A stretch of DNA of 64,000 nt from Octopus vulgaris. Taxonomy: Eukaryota. Position numbers and translations under genes: made by a program. The stretch's first letter is position 1, and every line of letters starts with the position of its first letter. Below, one piece after another: positions 59,186 through 64,000 of this stretch. The notes beneath the pieces are model-generated. The model worked only from the letters and a program-made list of their open reading frames with translations, searched no databases and had not been told where the DNA came from. The stretch is taken from contig OX597828.1 of assembly GCA_951406725.2 (NCBI GenBank), forward strand, positions 22,382,001 through 22,446,000, written 5' to 3'.

Positions 59186-60286
59186 GCATTTCATAATTCA
59201 TTCTAAATTAATTTTATTGAATTTTAACGGGCACTTAACCTTAAGTTGTAGCCTTAAATTCAGAAAAGACTTTCAAATATTTCAATTATTACTTATAATA
59301 GTCTTTTAATTACTAATTTTATAATAAGAGTACTTTCTATTAAAATGCTAAAGAAAATGAGTAAGTAATTATTTATAGCGATGTAAAGTATCGAAGCTTT
59401 GCTTAAGCATGGCGTAGAATTCTTTCTATAATTTTTATTCGTTGCCTTATCCACTTAGATCATAAGTAATTGTATATATTATTAATTATAGTAATTTTTC
59501 AATTATTATATAATAATCTTAATTCTCATAAAAGGGTTTGTATTTAATTAGCTTATCCGTTATTTATAATCTTTTGTTATCTCGCAGTCATCAATAATTG
59601 TATATAATATTATAAATTATAATAATTTTTCAATTATCATATACTCAGGTTAATTCCTATATAAATGTGTATTATTATGAATAAATAGATGTTTGGCTGT
59701 CTTTCCTCTAATTTTCATTTTTTAATTACTCAGTGAGCTGTGCAGTGGTTGTATATGATGTTGAATTTAAAAGTTCTTATAATAAAATAAATCTAGTTAC
59801 TATTGAAGGGTTTATTATATTAAATAGATAAATAGTTAATTGATTATTGCGATGTAAAGTATATATGTTCATGTTAAGCAGAACGTAGAATTCTTATCTG
59901 CAGTTTTTTTACTTTCATATCCAGAGGCATTTTCAATATTAATAGATAAATATACTCACTTTCTACGTTAGCTTTTTTGTGTAGATTTCCAATTCTCAAA
60001 AAGTATGGAATTAGTATGGTATTGTATATTCTATTCTTAATCTCCGAATTAGTTATTCAATGATGTGGTCGCTCTTGGTTGAAGGAATGAATGTCTAGAA
60101 TTAAATTTGATTTGGCGTTTCTTTTTGTTACAGCTAAAAATTCTTTTGCATTTTCAGTTAGAATTTCACCAATTTAGATTACCTTGATAAAGTTATGTTG
60201 ACCTAAATTTCGACACATATTAGAATTAATTTTAATAATATACGTATATATATATATATATATATGTGTGTATATATATATATACG

Positions 60287-60344
<58 letters not shown>

Positions 60345-60754
60345 CCTGTGTGTGTGTCTGTGTCTCTGTGTGTGTGCGTATATGAATAAATACACATGTA
60401 TGTGTAAATGCGTTTTGAAACAACTGCTGGATTTTTAAGCTGTGATCTAAAATGCTGATACGAAATTCTCCTTGTATAGAATTGATTGTTGTCAAAATAA
60501 CACGCACGCACATACACACACACGCACGCACACACACACAGACACACACACACATATATATACACACATACATACATATAGATTCAAAATTAGAAAGAGC
60601 ATTAACGTCCAGATCTTTTCAACTAACTCACGTAAATGTAACAAAAAGTATTCTTGATGAATCTCTGTAATGAAATGAAAGCACGAAATAAATAATTATC
60701 CTAAATGCCGACTACGTCTTCCTCCCTAATATATATATGTATGCGTATATGAAT

Positions 60755-60859
<105 letters not shown>

Positions 60860-61517
60860 GGTGTATGTGTTCGTGTGTTTGTGTGCACGTGTAAGTATAC
60901 GTGTGAGGTTCTCCTTTATTTGTAACACTTGACATTTCTCTTAGTCTAGTTTATACAGTGTCATTTTGCTTTGATGACTGTCGCAGATTACTAAGACTCG
61001 TTGAAATGCTCTACAATAACCTCATTTACTCTATTAGCAGGAACGAAATACCATCATAGTCGATATATCATTACGTCTTCCGTTAGCAACAACGTAATTG
61101 TTCCTTTAAAGTTAACAAGAAAAATCTAAAGACGAAAACTCTATTGTCTAGATTATGAGAAAGTGAAGTTGACACTGGTTAATAGATGTATATATGCTTT
61201 GAAGGAAAGACTTTTCTATCAGCTATCCAATACAAGTGTTTAATTAGTGAGGTTGGCATTTCATTCTTGTGCATATAATGCTAAATATGAGTGCGAATAT
61301 GAATTTGCTTTTATATATATATATATATATATACCTACATGTGTGTGTGTGTGTGTGTGTTTTGTGTGCTTGCGTGTCTGTGTGCATAGTGTCTGATTTT
61401 CCGACAGCGGCCGATTCAAATACATCCACATATATACACAGACACAAGACTATTTCATGCACACATATACACCCTCTTAAACTCAGAAACGCGCATGAAT
61501 ACGTATATATTTCATTT

Positions 61518-62315
61518 ACGCTTTTACTCTTTTACTCGTTTTAGCCATGCGGGTGTGGTCATGCTGGAGCACCACCGTGGTCTTATTGATTTCCTCAGTC
61601 TGGTGTTGTTTCACATCACCACTCCTGCGTCTACTTTTGTCCCAGCTGTTGGACCATTTGGTGTACAAAGGAGTTTGCTTCCGCTGCCCTCGTCTGCACC
61701 ACATATCGGGCTGTTGATTCATCTGGTATTGTGGAAAGGAGGACGTCTGGCGCATGGCTCAGTGGTTAGAGCGTCGAGCTTACGATCGTGAGGTTGTGAG
61801 CTCGAATCCCGGACCGGGCTGCGTGTTGTGTTCTCGAGCAAGGCACTTTATTTCACGTTGCTCCAGTTCACTCAGCTGTAGAAATGAGTTGCGACGTCAC
61901 TGGTGCCAAGCTGTATCGACCTTTGTCCTTCCCTTGGATAACACTGGTGGCGTGGAGAGGGGAGGCTGGTATGCATGGGCGACTGCTGGCCTTCCATAAA
62001 CAACCTTGCCCGGACTTGTGTCTAGGAGGGTAACTTTCTAGGTGCAATCCCATGGTCATTCATGACCGAAGGGGGTCTTTACCCTTTTAGTTCCTTTTGA
62101 AATGCATCTACTTCCTTCTTATGCAGATTTCATAATTTTTGTGGCACGGCATTGAAGAGCTGTCGGCCTTTGCACTCAAAATCTATTGCAGTACCTGGTC
62201 CTGAATTAAGAGTGGGTGGTACTTCTGTTACAATACAATGACGGCCAATTCTGGCATTTGCTTAACCCTCAATGTGGAAGTTAGGTACTAGACCTTCTAG
62301 GATTTTCTGCAAAGA
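61518..62315 (-). mobile_element. CR1-group LINE 3' end interrupted by SINE D
   Basis: Minus LQKILEGLVPNFHIEG*ANARIGRHCIV...KGRQLFNAVPQKL*NLHKKEVDAFQKEL[SINE]DVLLSTIPDESTARYVVQTRAAEANSFVHQM; 3' UTR ends ggtgctccagcatgaccaca...aacgagtaaaagagtaaaag. Confidence 0.82.
61749..62088 (+). mobile_element. SINE family D, full length
   Basis: ggcgcatggctcagtggttagagcg (A box)...gagctcgaatccc (B box)...tcgagcaaggcactttatttcacgttgctccag...catggtcattcatgaccgaagggggtc. Confidence 0.9.
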
Positions 62316-62800
62316 AGATGCCAAATAGGATGGAGGCAAATACATATGGGGTCTACATCTAGCATGTCCACTTAGTGATCATCCGTCTTATATTTATCTA
62401 TATATGCAGAAACACGCTTGTTGCTTGTGATATCATTCGACTCCATCACAAGTGCATAATATGTCTTTAATGGGAGCTTTTATAGCTACAATCTTGAACC
62501 AGCTACACGTGCAGAATTGTTTTTAGAGGACAACGCTCATAGACATGGCCATTGTCTCACAACTGTTTCGTCTGACCTTTGAAAGTGCTTGCTTTTAACA
62601 CAGTAGAGTATTCTCAGTGCCTTTCTCATCTAGCAGGCAACGTAAGGAGGGGGGACCTCGTAGCCGACACTCGATCGTGAACCAGGTAATATAGAGCTAT
62701 ATGCTACCAGAAGAAGCGACACATTCCTGAATGACGCGCGCGCTCACACACACAGTAACACAAAACAATGAATATACACGGCGTTCAGTTGATTATGGTT

Positions 62801-62900
62801 TTAGACAACATATTCCACTCTCAGATTCACGCACTTATTGCAACTGTCCTCCAGTTTTTCTAGGCGTTGTAAAAGAACTCGGAAGGCCGGGCCTCCAATC
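62801..62900 (-). mobile_element. Mariner transposase C-terminal fragment
   Basis: Minus LEKLEDSCNKCVNLRVEYVV* resembles the mariner terminal motif KLxxRWxKCxxxxGxYVE. Confidence 0.5.
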
Positions 62901-62927
62901 TTAAATATGCGTCTGTTTATATATAAA

Positions 62928-63015
<88 letters not shown>

Positions 63016-63048
63016 TATTTATATATATGTATATACATGCTCACACAC

Positions 63049-63080
<32 letters not shown>

Positions 63081-63213
63081 GTACATATATATGTATATAT
63101 ATATATATGTGTGTGTATATGTTTGTGTGTGTGTATATATACATATATATTCGCCATGATAGATCGCTAGCCAATACACATTCCTTATTTTCTCTCCTTG
63201 TTTCTTTCAGTGA

Positions 63214-63250
63214 TCTTTTGTGGAAGAGCGTAGGCTCGAAACGTTTAAAA
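63214..63250 (+). ncRNA. Degenerate hammerhead-like motif in a short TA-embedded repeat (about 63155-63340)
   Basis: tctttt-gtggaa-gagc-gtag-gctc-GAAA-cgtt-taaaa; the CUGANGA box is not intact. Confidence 0.35.
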
Positions 63251-63358
63251 CAGTTTCCCTTCCTGAGCGTTGAAGTAATACATCTGTTTGTTGCCTACAC
63301 CACCTGTTTCCGTCTTCTGTTTAATTTGTGAATTATCCCTATATATACATTCATACAT

Positions 63359-63428
<70 letters not shown>

Positions 63429-63447
63429 TCACACGTACTCACATACG

Positions 63448-63480
<33 letters not shown>

Positions 63481-63484
<4 letters not shown>

Positions 63485-63670
63485 ATAGAGGGCATTATTA
63501 CACATAAATGCCTCACACTAAGAGGGACTAAGTCATTACTACCAAAATTATACTAATCATACCCAAATGCAGTTTTTCAAAGCAAGACATTTAAATAGTA
63601 TAATTTTGGTAGTAATGACTTAGTCCCTCTTAGTGTGAGGCATTTATGTGTAATAATGCCCTCTATACAA
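63481..63670. mobile_element. Young fold-back/MITE with perfect 75-bp inverted arms and a 40-bp spacer
   Basis: 63481-63555 is the exact reverse complement of 63596-63670; TA flanks. Confidence 0.9.
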
Positions 63671-63800
63671 TATAGATATAATTAATTTGTTCAAAAGAAA
63701 AAAATTATTTTCGAATTCTTTTCTTTTATGAGGTTTTCACGCTAACTACCCGATAATTTCTTGTTAAGATTCCTTATTAAGAGGTTATCCTTAATTGTTA

Positions 63801-63860
<60 letters not shown>

Positions 63861-64000
63861 CTATAGCTTATAGCAGGTGTTGCATTGCTTAGGCTTTGGT
63901 AACTTAGCATTTAACCAAATAGACAATGATAGCAAGACAATAATAAGAAACTATAGGGCAATGAACTTGAATTTATCCATTAAACCCTTCTATGCAGCGT

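Noticed and set aside
61749-61820. tRNA genes at SINE heads (also 46038, 30070, 13104)
   Set aside because: A and B boxes are present, but there is no complete cloverleaf or acceptor stem and they continue into SINE bodies.

Overview
Strongly AT-rich eukaryotic non-coding DNA (intronic or intergenic), saturated with (TA)n, (CA)n, (TATG)n, (GATA)n and (TAT/TAA)n microsatellites. The style and repeat families suggest an octopod cephalopod genome; this is inference from recalled repeat content, not a database result. Nearly every ORF in the supplied track is a microsatellite translation artefact, and no host gene could be assembled. The supportable content is mobile DNA: four tRNA-headed SINE families (labelled A-D here), two Penelope-like (GIY-YIG) remnants, an RTE 3' end, several RLE-type (R4/Dong-like) non-LTR 3' ends, two CR1-group LINE 3' ends, mariner remnants and an 8-bp-TSD MITE. 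The most interesting signal is a recurring set of hammerhead-ribozyme motifs (CUGANGA...GAAA with a palindromic mini stem III), most in fold-back non-autonomous elements. One element joins a tRNA-like Pol III head to a hammerhead tail, and two hammerheads have very long stem II. A SINE/LINE shared 3' tail, a tandem stack of (TAA)n-ended RLE elements, local templated duplications, a candidate IQ-motif micro-ORF and a candidate 6-nt microexon are also noted. All alignments were made by eye, so boundaries are approximate.
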